From assembly GCA_951406725.2 (NCBI GenBank), contig OX597814.1, forward strand, positions 216,938,001-217,002,000: 64,000 nt of DNA, in the 5' to 3' direction. The position numbers and the translations under genes were made by a program. Below, piece after piece: positions 1 to 13,272 of the stretch. Within the stretch, counting starts at the first letter, position 1. Every line of letters begins with the position of its first letter. This stretch comes from Octopus vulgaris (Eukaryota). The notes below the pieces were generated by a model. The model made no database searches. It had not been told where the DNA came from and worked only from the letters and a program-made list of their open reading frames with translations.

Positions 1-1286
1 GTGCTTAACAGCACTTAAATATCTATCACTAGACAAAGAAGGGAGATGTGTGTAAATATTGTTGTTCTTTAGTCTCAAGTCTAACTTCACAAAACAGTGA
101 CCCATGATTAAATTCCTTCAACCAGAAACATCCTGTCTTTTCCTAAATGTAAACAATCCAGAACCACATTGCCCAATATATTCTTTAAGGTGGTAAGGTA
201 TGAATTGAAAAGGATTTAGCAATTAAATCTTGCAGATCTCTACCGTATATTGACATCTTTAATAGTTTGGCTCCCTTATTTGGGAATAACCTTTGAACTA
301 AAGAACTTTGAAATGTTCAAAAAACAAAAAGAATATTGTTTTCCAACATTACCCCTCAGCAGACTGAAAGTCGATAGTATAACAAACGAGTATAAAGCAA
401 ATGTCCCAGAAAAACCCGTGTTAACAAGAACTAAATGTTCATACAAGGGCAAGAAAAAAAGCTAATCAAATGAAGTAGGAACAAACATGGCAAACACTTA
501 CTGTGACACTTGCAATGAGAAGCCATCTCATCGTATAACATGCTTCAAGTTACAGCAATCCAAGTAATCAGGGAAAAAAATAGGCTAACGATGTCTGTTG
601 CTAATTTGCTGAAGGAAAAGTTTATTCTATAACATTTTGGGATCTATATTTGTTGATTTGCCTTTTCTTATTATTGATCAGTTTTGATAATGAATCAGGA
701 ATATGTTATAAATTTGCCAAATCTAGTTATTGTCCTTCATTTCTAAAACATAAATCATACAGAGTTCATTAGAATATCAGTTTTTAAAAATTTATACTGT
801 GTACCAATAGTGGTACATGATGCATAATGGGGCAGTTACCAATGTACCATATATGGCACACGATGTGGTTAAATTGTTAAGAGAACACATGATCAAGCGA
901 TGCTTCAATTGGACCTATGCACAGTAACCAAGTGGCCAGATGAGTGTCCGTATGGCTCACGATATCCACAACCGGGACAGCATCAAGGTCACTGCATCAC
1001 AGCCTTGCCACTGAACTGCATGATGTGGATATTCAGAAAAAAAAAAAGGACACCATTGCTTGAAGCCGTTTCCCAGGGTCACCTAGGAATGAAACAAGCT
1101 AATAGCCCTGGGTGCAGACATAAATGCTGTTGATGGTGATGGTAAAAGCTGTTTTCACCTTGCTGTGAAAAGAAAAGTTTTTAATTCCGAGGGTGCATCC
1201 ATGGATTTACTAAACGGAGTAAGTTTTTAAATTGTTTGCGTATATATGTGTGTGTGTGAGTGTGTGCGTGTGGCTGTGTGATTTTG

Positions 1287-1971
1287 CCCTCCCCCACCAA
1301 AGGAAAAGGAAGTCGTCACGGAGCCCCAAAGGAAAGGGCAGCAACTGAAGAGGAGGAGATCCAGCAAGAGTGGGAAGAAGGGAGAAAAAAAAGGGAAAAG
1401 AAAGAAAAAAGAAAACAGTACGAAACCCAACCCACCCACGCCCTCTGAGTCCCATCCTTCTCCTGCAAACAGCGATTCCACCCACTCCCCGCCTACAAGA
1501 AAAACTAAAACAAGTGCAGACACACAGAACGAACAAAGCCCCAAGTCCTATTTTTTATGTGTTGTGAAGGAAAAGGACACGCAGAACTCGAAAAGGTTGG
1601 TACATAAAGACTTATGGCGCGAACATGAAGATGGTAGTTACGCGGTTTTGGAATATGAACTTCTGGAGATATTGGTGAGGAAGTGTGAGGAAGAAGGTAT
1701 AAAGTGGATGACAGCGCCAATGCAGGATGAAATAATAGAGATGTATGAAAGGGAAACAAAGGGTGTGATAAGAAAGGACAGAATTGTAATTGGAAATGGG
1801 TGATAAAGGACAGGTAAGTGATGCTGGAGGATGGGGCCGTTAGCATCGCTTTTCATATTATCATTTTTTCATTTAATTATTCATTGCTCATAATTTTAAT
1901 TATAATGTTCTTTGTCCCCAATGTTTTGTAATGTCCCCTCTTCGTCGCCCCTTGTGGGTGATAAAGAAATA
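1287..1971 (+). mobile_element. 5'-truncated non-LTR retroelement inserted in type A units (also 4845-5547, 8434-9146, 12019-12721)
   Basis: Absent from type B and C units (empty site GTGTCTGTGTGATTTTGTGTATTTG at about 22990). Flanked by an imperfect roughly 17-bp duplication of that site. Carries a K/E-rich ORF remnant and ends in CCCCTTGTGGGT(A/G)ATAAAGAAATA. Confidence 0.8.
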
Positions 1972-2522
1972 GTGTGTGTGTGAATTTGTGTATTTGTGAG
2001 TCTTTGTGTGAGTGTGAGAGAGAGACAGACAAACTTTGCTTGTCATGTATCAATTATCCCCTATCAACTCCATCCTCCATTACCATTCCGTGATCCAGTC
2101 TCCCTTTATGACCCGAGTGATATTATGTAACAAACAATATTCCATCTCCTTTCACTCTCAAAGATGTCGTCTCACCACGGTCGAGAGGGGACCCATCTCG
2201 GTTGTTGGCCATATAAACACAGCCATCACAATGTGACGGAGAAGTGGCCTATTTAATAGAGGAGATATTATTCTCAATTAACAATGATGCAGGATAGAAG
2301 AGATGTCAGCTTTATAGTGCTGGTGCCATGGTAAATACATCCAGTCCATTCTATGAAGAATTCTGAGTGAAACTGCTCTCTATCCTACTTCTTGTACATG
2401 ACATGAATCCACTGACTTCTTGTGGATATGTCATAAGAATGTTGTGGTTAAGGTGTTAAGAGAACACATGATAAAGTGATGCTTCAATTGGACCTATGCA
2501 CAGTAACCAAGTGGCCAGATGA

Positions 2523-3624
2523 GTGTCCGTATGGCTCACGATATCCACAACCGGACTGAATCTCGGGACAGCATCTAGGTCACTGCATCACAGCCTTGCC
2601 ACTGAACTGCATAATGTCGAGGTGTGTAACCAGTGTTTTTTTGCTGTGTCTCAGGGACACTTTGGAATGATGCAGAGGTTGATAGCTAGGGATGCAGACA
2701 TAAATTCTGTGCCTCAGGGTCATCTCGAAATAACACACAGATTAATAGCTAGGGATGCAGACACAAATTCTGTGTACAAAGAAGGCAACAATTGTTTGTA
2801 CCTGGCTGCGAAGAAGGGGTTCCATTCTCAGGTTGAATACATAACCATGTTAGATCAATACTGCAAAGAGCTAAAACTCAGAAAAGGATAAAGGCTCTCT
2901 GATGTAGTGGTAGCTAGTTATCTAGTCCAGCAGACAGCCAATTTTGACTTTAAAAACAAAGGAGACATAACTCCATTGGACCTCCTTAAAAATGCGAAGT
3001 CCAAAGAAAAATCAAAGACATTATTTCCACCACAAATACTATGTAGGTTGTGTGAAGTTAATACATGAAATTCCATCCCAGGGGTCATGTTCAAAAAGTA
3101 AATCATAGCAAGTTCAGATTCCAAACACTGAAGAAAAGTAAGTCCAAACAGTGGCAGAGTAAGTTGAGACTTCAAAGATTGAAGAGAAGAAAGTCCAAAT
3201 GGTGACAGCAATATCTGTGTGTGTGTGTATGGAGAAGTTCCTCACGACATCACAGACAGTTGAGTGAGCAAAGGTCGGAGACAAGAAAGTACAGACCGTT
3301 TGACAGCCATTAGAGGCTACATCCCAGTTAGTTGATTCCTAAAACCACGAAGAGAAGGATCTCCTGAAGGTGTCACTTCAGTTAGGAAGTAATTGGTAGC
3401 AAGTAGCTATTTTCTTGGGAATGAAAACTGTTGACCTGCAAATTATCAAGCATAACAATCCTTTGAACATTGTAAAATAAATCTACCAAATGCTGTTCAA
3501 ATAGTATCGAAGTAGTAATCTAGAGAAACGGCCACACAAATCACGGGAAGAGGCTTTTAAAGAAAGTGAGTGCTTAACAGCACTTAAATATCTATCACTA
3601 GACAAAGAAGGGAGATGTGTGTAA
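2523..3624 (+). pseudogene. MIB-like ankyrin-RING-Death domain pseudogene, unit 1
   Basis: Ankyrin motifs (AVSQGHFGMMQRLIARDADIN, EGNNCLYLAAKK, KNKGDITPLDL), a RING remnant (CRLCEVN..FHPRGH) and a Death-domain frame, with multiple stops and frameshifts. Confidence 0.75.
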
Positions 3625-6098
3625 ATATTGTTGTTCTTTAGTCCCAAGTTTAACTTCACAAAACAGTGACCCATGATTAAATTCCTTCAACCAGAAATAT
3701 CCTGTCTTTTCCTAAATGTAAACAATCCAGAACCACATTGCCCAATATATTCTTTAAGGTGGTAAGGTATGAATTGAAAAGGATTTAGCAATTAAATCTT
3801 GCAGATCTCTACCGTATATTGACACCTTTAATAGTTTGGCTCCCTTATTTGGGAATAACCTTTGAACTAAAGAACTTTGAAATGTTCAAAAAACAAAAAG
3901 AATATAGTTTTCCAACATTACCCCTCAGCAGACTGAAAGTCGATAGTATAACAAACGAGTATAAAGCAAATGTCCCAGAAAAACCCATGTTAACAAGAAC
4001 TAAATGTTCATACAACGGCAAGAAAAAAGCTAATCGAATAAAGTAGGAACAAACATGACAAACACTTACTGTGACACTTGCAATGAGAAGCCATCTCATC
4101 GTATAACATGCTTCAAGTTACAGCAATCCAAGTAATCAGGGAAAAAAATAGGCTAACGATGTCTGTTGCTAATTTGCTGAAGGAAACGTTTATTCTATAA
4201 CATTTTGGGATCTATATTTGTTGATTTGTCTTTTCTTATTATTGATCAGTTTTGATAATGAATCAGGAATATGTTATAAATTTGCCAAATCTAGTTATTG
4301 TCCTTCATTTCTAAAACATAAATCATACAGAGTTCATTAGAATATCAGTTTTTAAAAATTTATACTGTGTACCAATAGTGGTACATGATGCATAATGGGG
4401 CAGTTACCAATGTACCATATATGGCGCACGATGTGGTTAAATTGTTAAGAGAACACATGATCAAGCGATGCTTCAATTGGACCTATGCACAGTAACCAAG
4501 TGGCCAGATGAGTGTCCGTATGGCTCACGATATCCACAACCGGGACAGCATCAAGGTCACTGTATCACAGCCTTGCCACTGAACTGCATGATGTGGATAT
4601 TCAGAAAAAAAAAAAAGACACCATTGCTTGAAGCCGTTTCCCAGGGTCACCTAGGAATGAAACAAGCTAATAGCCCTGGGTGCAGACATAAATGCTGTTG
4701 ATGGTGAAGGTAAAAGCTGTTTTCACCTTGCTGTGAAAAGAAAAGTTTTTAATTCCAAGGGTGCATCCATGGATTTACTAAACGGAGTAAGTTTTTAAAT
4801 TGTTTGCGTATATATGTGTGTGTGCGTGTGGCTGTGTGATTTTGCCCTCCCCCACCAAAGGAAAAGGAAGTCGTCACGGAGCCCCAAAAGAAAGGGAGAA
4901 CCAGACAGAAAGGGAAGCAACTGAAGAGGAGGAGATCCAGCAAGAGTGGGAAGAAGGGAGAAAAAAAAGGGAAAAGAAAGAAAAAAGAAAACAGTACGAA
5001 ACCCCAACCCACCCATGCCCTCTGAGTCCCATCCTTCTCCTGCAAACAGCGATTCCACCCACTCCCCGCCTACAAGAAAAACTAAAACAAGTGCAGACAC
5101 ACAGAACGAACAAAGCCCCAAGTCCTATTTTCATGTGTTGTGAAGGAAAAGGACACGCAGAACTCGAAAAGGTTGGTACATAAAGACTTATGGCGCGAAC
5201 ATGAAGATGGTAGTTACGCGGTTTTGGAATATGAACTTATGGAGATATTGGTGAGGAAGTGTGAGGAAGAAAGTATAAAGTGGATGACAGCGCCAATGCA
5301 GGATGCAATAATAGAGATGTATGAAAGGGAAACAAAGGGTGTGATAAGAAAGGACGGAATTGTAATTGGAAATGGGTGATAAAGGACAGGTAAGTGATGC
5401 TGGCGGATGGGGCCGTTAGCATCGCTTTTCATATTATCATTTTTTCATTTAATTATTCATTGCTCATAATTTTAATTATAATGTTCTTTGTCCCCAATGT
5501 TTTGTAATGTCCCCTCTTCGTCGCCCCTTGTGGGTAATAAAGAAATAGTGTGTGTGTGAATTTGTGTATTTGTGAGTCTTTGTGTGAGTGTGAGAGAGAG
5601 ACAGACAAACTTTGCTTGTCATGTATCAATTATCCCCTATCAACTCCATCCTCCATTACCATTCCGTGATCCAGTCTCCCTTTATGACCCGAGTGATATT
5701 ATGTAACAAACAATATTCCATCTCCTTTCACTCTCAAAGATGTCGTCTCACCACGGTCGAGAGGGGACCCATCTCGGTTGTTGGCCATATAAACACAGCC
5801 ATCACAATGTGACGGAGAAGTGGCCTATTTAATAGATGAGATATTATTCTCAATTAACAATGATGCAGGATAGAAGAGATGTCAGCTTTATAGTGCTGGT
5901 GCCATGGTAAATACATCCAGTCCATTCTATGAAGAATTCTGAGTGAAACTGCTCTCTATCCTACTTCTTGTACATGACATGAATCCACTGACTTCTTGTG
6001 GATATGTCATAAGAATGTTGTGGTTAAGGTGTTAAGAGAACACATGATAAAGTGATGCTTCAATTGGACCTATGCACAGTAACCAAGTGGCCAGATGA

Positions 6099-7206
6099 GT
6101 GTCCGTATGGCTCACGATATCCACAACTGGACTGAATCCCGGGACAGCATCAAGGTCACTGAATCACAGCCTTGCCACTGAACTGCATAATGTCGAGGTG
6201 TGTAACCAGTGTTTTTTTGCTGTGTCTCAGGGACACTTTGGAATGATGCAGAGGTTGATAGCTAGGGATGCAGACATAAATTCTGTGCCTCAGGGTCATC
6301 TCGAAATAACACACAGATTAATAGCTAGGGATGCAGACACAAATTCTATGTACAAAGAAGGCAACAATTGTTTGTACCTGGCTGCGAAGAAGGGGTTCCA
6401 TTCTCAGGTTCAATACATAACCATATTAGATGAATACTGCAAAGAGCTAAAACTCAGAAAAGGACAAAGGCTCTCTGATGTAGTGGTAGCTAGTTATCTA
6501 GTCCAGCAGACAGCCAATTTTGACTTTAAAAACAAAGGAGACATAACTCCATTGGACCTCCTTAAAAATGCGAAGTCCAAAGAAAAATCAAAGACATTAT
6601 TTCCACCACAAATACTATGTAGGTTGTGTGAAGTTAATACATGAAATTCCATCCCAGGGGTCATGTTCAAAAAGTAAATCATAGCAAGTTCAGATTCCAA
6701 ACACTGAAGAAAAGGAAGTCCAAACAGTGGCAGAGTAAGTTGAGACTACAAAGATTGAAGAGAAGAAAGTCCAAATGGTGACAGCAATATGTGTGTGTGT
6801 GTGTGTGTGTATGGAGAAGGTCCTCACGACATCACAGACAGTTGAATGTGCAAAGGTCGGGGACAAGAAAGTACAGACCGATTGACAGCCATTACAGGCT
6901 ACATCCCAGTAAGTTGATTCCTAAAACCTGGAAGAGAAGGATCTCCTGAAGGAGGCACTTCAATTAGGAAGCAATTGGTAGCAAGTTGGAATTTTCTTGG
7001 GAATTAAAACTATTGACCTGCAAATTATCAAGCATAACAATCCTTTGAACATTGTAAAATAGATCTACCAAATGCTGTTCAAATGGTTTCAAAGTAGTAA
7101 TCTAGAAAAACGGCCACACAAATCACGGAAAGAGGCTTTTAAAGAAAGTGAGTGCTTAACAGCACTTAAATATCTATCACTAGACAAAGAAGGGAGATGT
7201 GTTTAA
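6099..7206 (+). pseudogene. MIB-like ankyrin-RING-Death domain pseudogene, unit 2 (longest open frame)
   Basis: 181-aa ankyrin ORF at 6099-6644. Bases 6925-7206 translate to NLEEKDLLKEALQLGSNW*QVGIFLGIKTIDLQIIKHNNPLNIVK*IYQMLFKWFQSSNLEKRPHKSRKEAFKESECLTALKYLSLD, a Death-fold pattern. Confidence 0.8.
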
Positions 7207-9697
7207 ATATTGCTGTTCTTTAGTCGCAAGTCTAACTTCACTAAACAGTGACCCATGATTAAATTCCTTCAACCAGAAACATCCTGTCTTTTCCTAAATG
7301 TAAACAATCCAGAACCACATTGCCCAATATATTCTTTAAGGTGGTAAGGTATGAATTGAAAAGGATTTAGCAATTAAATCTTGCAGATCTCTACCGTATA
7401 TTGACACCTTTAATAGTTTGGCTCCCTTATTTGGGAATAACCTTTGAACTAAAGAACTTTGAAATGTTCAAAAAACAAAAAGAATATAGTTTTCCAACAT
7501 TACCCCTCAGCAGACTGAAAGTCGATAGTATAACAAACGAGTATAAAGCAAATGTCCCAGAAAAACCCGTGTTAACAAGAACTAAATGTTCATACAAGGG
7601 CAAGAAAAAAGCTAATCAAATGAAGTAGGAACAAACATGGCAAACACTTACTGTGACACTTGCAATGAGAAGCCATCTCATCGTATAACATGCTTCAAGT
7701 TACAGCAATCCAAGTAATCAGGGGAAAAAATAGGCTAACGATGTCTGTTGCTAATTTGCTGAAGGAAAAGTTTATTCTATAACATTTTGGGATCTATATT
7801 TGTTGATTTGTCTTTTCTTATTATTGATCAGTTTTGATAATGAATCAGGAATATGTTATAAATTTGCCAAATCTAGTTATTGTCCTTCATTTCTAAAACA
7901 TAAATCATACAGAGTTCATTAGAATATCAGTTTTTAAAAATTTATACTGTGTACCAATAGTGGTACATGATGCATAATGGGGCAGTTACCAATGTACCAT
8001 ATATGGCGCACGATGTGGTTAAATTGTTAAGAGAACACATGATCAAGCGATGCTTCAATTGGACCTATGCACAGTAACCAAGTGGCCAGATGAGTGTCCG
8101 TATGGCTCACGATATCCACAACCGGGACAGCATCAAGTTCACTGTATCACAGCCTTGCCACTGAACTGCATGATGTGGATATTCAGAAAAAAAAAGACAC
8201 CATTGCTTGAAGCCGTTTCCCACGGTCACCTAGGAATGAAACAAGCTAATAGCCCTGGGTGCAGACATAAATGCTGTTGATGGTGATGGTAAAAGCTGTT
8301 TTCACCTTGCTGTGAAAAGAAAAGTTTTTAATTCCGAGGGTGCATCCATGGATTTACTAAACGGAGTAAGTTTTTAAATTGTTTGCGTATATATGTGTGT
8401 GTGTGAGTGTGTGCGTGTGGCTGTGTGATTTTGCCCTCCCCCACCAAAGGAAAAGGAAGTCGTCACGGAGCCCCAAAAGAAGGAAGACACTAAAGAAAGG
8501 GAGAACCAGACAGAAAGGGAAGCAACTGAAGAGGAGGAGATCCAGCAAGAGTGGGAAGAAGGGAGAAAAAAAAGGGAAAAGAAAGAAAAAAGAAAACAGT
8601 ACGAAACCCCAACCCACCCACGCCCTCTGAGTCCCATCCTTCTCCTGCAAACAGCGATTCCACCCACTCCCCGCCTACAAGAAAAACTAAAACAAGTGCA
8701 GACACACAGAACGAACAAATCCCAAGTCCTATTTTTTATGTGTTGTGAAGGAAAAGGACACGCAGAACTCGAAAAGGTTGGTACATAAAGACTTATGGCG
8801 CGAACATGAAGATGGTAGTTACGCGGTTTTGGAATATGAACTTATGGAGATATTGGTGAGGAAGTGTGAGGAAGAAGGTATAAAGTGGATGACAGCGCCA
8901 ATGCAGGATGAAATAATAGAGATGTATGAAAGGGAAACAAAGGGTGTGATAAGAAAGGACGGAATTGTAATTGGAAATGGGTGATAAAGGACAGGTAAGT
9001 GATGCTGGCGGATGGGGCCGTTAGCATCGCTTTTCATATCATTTTTTCATTTAATTATTCATTGCTCATAATTTTAATTATGTTCTTTGTCCCCAATGTT
9101 TTGTAATGTCCCCTCTTCGTCGCCCCTTGTGGGTAATAAAGAAATAGTGTGTGTGTGAATTTGTGTATTTGTGAGTCTTTGTGTGAGTGTGAGAGAGAGA
9201 CAGACAAACTTTGCTTGTCATGTATCAATTATCCCCTATCAACTCCATCCTCCATTACCATTCCGTGATCCAGTCTCCCTTTATGACCCGAGTGATATTA
9301 TGTAACAAACAATATTCCATCTCCTTTCACTCTCAAAGATGTCGTCTCACGACGGTCGAGAGGGGACCTATCTCGGTTGTTGGCCATATAAACACAGCCA
9401 TCACAATGTGACGGAGAAGTGGCCTATTTAATAGATGAGATATTATTCTCAATTAACAATGATGCAGGATAGAAGAGATGTCAGCTTTATAGTGCTGGTG
9501 CCATGGTAAATACATCCAGTCCATTCTATGAAGAATTCTGAGTGAAACTGCTCTCTATCCTACTTCTTGTACATGACATGAATCCACTGACTTCTTGTGG
9601 ATATGTCATAAGAATGTTGTGGTTAAGGTGTTAAGAGAACACATGATAAAGTGATGCTTCAATTGGACCTATGCACAGTAACCAAGTGGCCAGATGA

Positions 9698-10790
9698 GTG
9701 TCCGTATGGCTCACGATATCCACAACCGGACTGAATCTCGGGACAGCATCTAGGTCACTGCATCACAGCCTTGCCACTGAACTGCATAATGTCGAGGTGT
9801 GTAACCAGTGTTTTTTTGCTGTGTCTCAGGGACACTTTGGAATGATGCAGAGGTTGATAGCTAGGGATGCAGACATAAATTCTGTGCCTCAGGGTCATCT
9901 CGAAATAACACACAGATTAATAGCTAGGGATGCAGACACAAATTCTGTGTACAAAGAAGGCAACAATTGTTTGCACCTGGCTGTGAAGAAGATAACCATT
10001 CAATAGATAACCATTTTAGATGAATACTGCAAAGAGCTAAAACTCAGAAAAGGATAAAGGCTCTCTGATGTAGTGGTAGCTAGTTATCTAGTCCAGCAGA
10101 CAGCCAATTTTGACTTTAAAAACAAAGGAGACATAACTCCATTGGACCTCCTTAAAAATGCGAAGTCCAAAGAAAAATCAAAGACATTATTTCCACCACA
10201 AATACTATGTAGGTTGTGTGAAGTTAATACATGAAATTCCATCCCAGGGGTCATGTTCAAAAAGTAAATCATAGCAAGTTCAGATTCCAAACGCTGAAGA
10301 AAAGTAAGTCCAAACAGTGGCAGAGTAAGTTGAGACTTCAAAGATTGAAGAGAAGAAAGTCCAAATGGTGACAGCAATATCTGTGTGTGTGTGTATGGAG
10401 AAGTTCCTCACGACATCACAGACAGTTGAGTGAGCAAAGGTCGGAGACAAGAAAGTACAGACCGTTTGACAGCCATTAGAGGCTACATCCCAGTAAGTTG
10501 ATTCCTAAAACCTCGAAGAGAAGGATCTCCTGAAGGTGTCACTTCAGTTAGGAAGTAATTGGTAGCAAGTAGCTATTTTCTTGTGAATTAAAACTGTTGA
10601 CCTGCAAATTATCAAGCATAACAATCCTTTGAACATTGTAAAATAAATCTACCAAATGCTGTTCAAATGGTATCGAAGTAGTAATCTAGAGAAACGGCCA
10701 CACAAATCACGGGAAGAGGCTTTTAAAGAAAGTGAGTGCTTAACAGCACTTAAATATCTATCACTAGACAAAGAAGGGAGATGTGTGTAA
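9698..10790 (+). pseudogene. Ankyrin-RING-Death pseudogene, unit 3
   Basis: Near-identical copy of units 1 and 2, with stops. Confidence 0.75.
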
Positions 10791-13272
10791 ATATTGCTGT
10801 TCTTTAGTCGCAAGTCTAACTTCACTAAACAGTGACCCATGATTAAATTCCTTCAACCAGAAACATCCTGTCTTTTCCTAAATGTAAACAATCCAGAACC
10901 ACATTGCCCAATATATTCTTTAAGGTGGTAAGGTATGAATTGAAAAGGATTTAGCAATTAAATCTTGCAGATCTCTACCGTATATTGACACCTTTAATAG
11001 TTTGGCTCCCTTATTTGGGAATAACCTTTGAACTAAAGAACTTTGAAATGTTCAAAAAACAAAAAGAATATTGTTTTCCAACATTACCCCTCAGCAGACT
11101 GAAAGTCGATAGTATAACAAACGAGTATAAAGCAAATGTCCCAGAAAAACCCGTGTTAACAAGAACTAAATGTTCATACAAGGGCAAGAAAAAAAGCTAA
11201 TCAAATGAAGTAGGAACAAACATGGCAAACACTTACTGTGACACTTGCAATGAGAAGCCATCTCATCGTATAACATGCTTCAAGTTACAGCAATCCAAGT
11301 AATCAGGGAAAAAAATAGGCTAACGATGTCTGTTGCTAATTTGCTGAAGGAAACGTTTATTCTATAACATTTTGGGATCTATATTTGTTGATTTGTCTTT
11401 TCTTATTATTGATCAGTTTTGATAATGAATCAGGAATATGTTATAAATTTGCCAAATCTAGTTATTGTCCTTCATTTCTAAAACATAAATCATACAGAGT
11501 TCATTAGAATATCAGTTTTTAAAAATTTATACTGTGTACCAATAGTGGTACATGATGCATAATGGGGCAGTTACCAATGTACCATATATGGCGCACGATG
11601 TGGTTAAATTGTTAAGAGAACACATGATCAAGCAATGCTTCAATTGGACCTATGCACAGTAACCAAGTGGCCAGATGAGTGTCCGTATGGCTCACGATAT
11701 CCACAACCGGGACAGCATCAAGGTCACTGTATCACAGCCTTGCCACTGAACTGCATGATGTGGATATTCAGAAAAAAAAAGACACCATTGCTTGAAGCCA
11801 TTTCCCAGGGTCACCTAGGAATGAAACAAGCTAATAGCCCTGGGTGCAAACATAAATGCTGTTGATGGTGATGGTAAAAGCTGTTTTCACCTTGCTGTGA
11901 AAAGAAAAGTTTTTAATTCCGAGGGTGCATCCATGGATTTACTAAACGGAGTAAGTTTTTAAATTGTTTGCGTATATATGTGTGTGTGTGAGTGTGTGCG
12001 TGTGGCTGTGTGATTTTGCCCTCCCCCACCAAAGGAAAAGGAAGTCGTCACGGAGCCCCAAAAGAAAGGGAGAACCAGACAGAAAGGGAAGCAACTGAAG
12101 AGGAGGAGATCCAGCAAGAGTGGGAAGAAGGGAGAAAAAAAAGGGAAAAGAAAGAAAAAGAAAACAGTACGAAACCCCAACCCACCCACGCCCTCTGAGT
12201 CCCATCCTTCTCCTGCAAACAGCGATTCCACCCACTCCCCGCCTACAAGAAAAACTAAAACAAGTGCAGACACACAGAACGAACAAAGCCCCAAGTCCTA
12301 TTTTTTATGTGTTGTGAAGGAAAAGGACACGCAGAACTCGAAAAGGTTGGTACATAAAGACTTATGGCGCGAACATGAAGATGGTAGTTACGCGGTTTTG
12401 GAATATGAACTTATGGAGACATTGGTGAGGAAGTGTGAGGAAGAGGGTATAAAGTGGATGACAGCGCCAATGCAGGATGAAATGATAGAGATGTATGAAA
12501 GGGAAACAAAGGGTGTGATAAGAAAGGACGGAATTGTAATTGGAAATGGGTGATAAAGGACAGGTAAGTGATGCTGGCGGATGGGGCCGTTAGCATCGCT
12601 TTTCATATTATCATTTTTTCATTTAATTATTCATTGCTCATAATTTTAATTATAATGTTCTTTGTCCCCAATGTTTTGTAATGTCCCCTCTTCGTCGCCC
12701 CTTGTGGGTAATAAAGAAATAGTGTGTCTGTGTGAATTTGTGTATTTATGAGTCTTTGTGTGAGTGTGAGAGAGACAGACAAACTTTGCTTGTCATGTAT
12801 CAATTCTCCCCTATCAACTCCATCCTCCATTACCATTCCGTGATCCAGTCTCCCTTTATGACCCGAGTGATATTATGTAACAAACAATATTCCATCTCCT
12901 TTCACTCTCAAAGATGTCGTCTCACCACGGTCGAGAGGGGACCCATCTCGGTTGTTGGCCATATAAACACAGCCATCACAATGTGACGGAGAAGTGGCCT
13001 ATTTAATAGATGAGATATTATTCTCAATTAACAATGATGCAGGATAGAAGAGATGTCAGCTTTATAGTGCTGGTGCCATGGTAAATACATCCAGTCCATT
13101 CTATGAAGAATTCTGAGTGAAACTGCTCTCTATCCTACTTCTTGTACATGACATGAATCCACTGACTTCTTGTGGATATGTCATAAGAATGTTGTGGTTA
13201 AGGTGTTAAGAGAACACATGATAAAGTGATGCTTCAATTGGACCTATGCACAGTAACCAAGTGGCCAGATGA

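Noticed and set aside
250-465. Recurrent 71-75 aa ORF (MTPLIVWLPYLGITFELKNFEMFKKQ...) in seven units
   Set aside because: It starts at TTG, lies in the presumptive 3' UTR after the Death-domain stop and has no recognisable motif. Its recurrence is explained by the array.
2036-2236. Invariant 66-aa ORF (MLVMYQLSPINSILHYH...) in all units
   Set aside because: Conservation is no greater than in flanking DNA and no domain is recognisable.
2255-2330. Possible MIB REP-domain remnant (FNRGDIIL-INNDAG)
   Set aside because: Too short and degenerate to support by eye.
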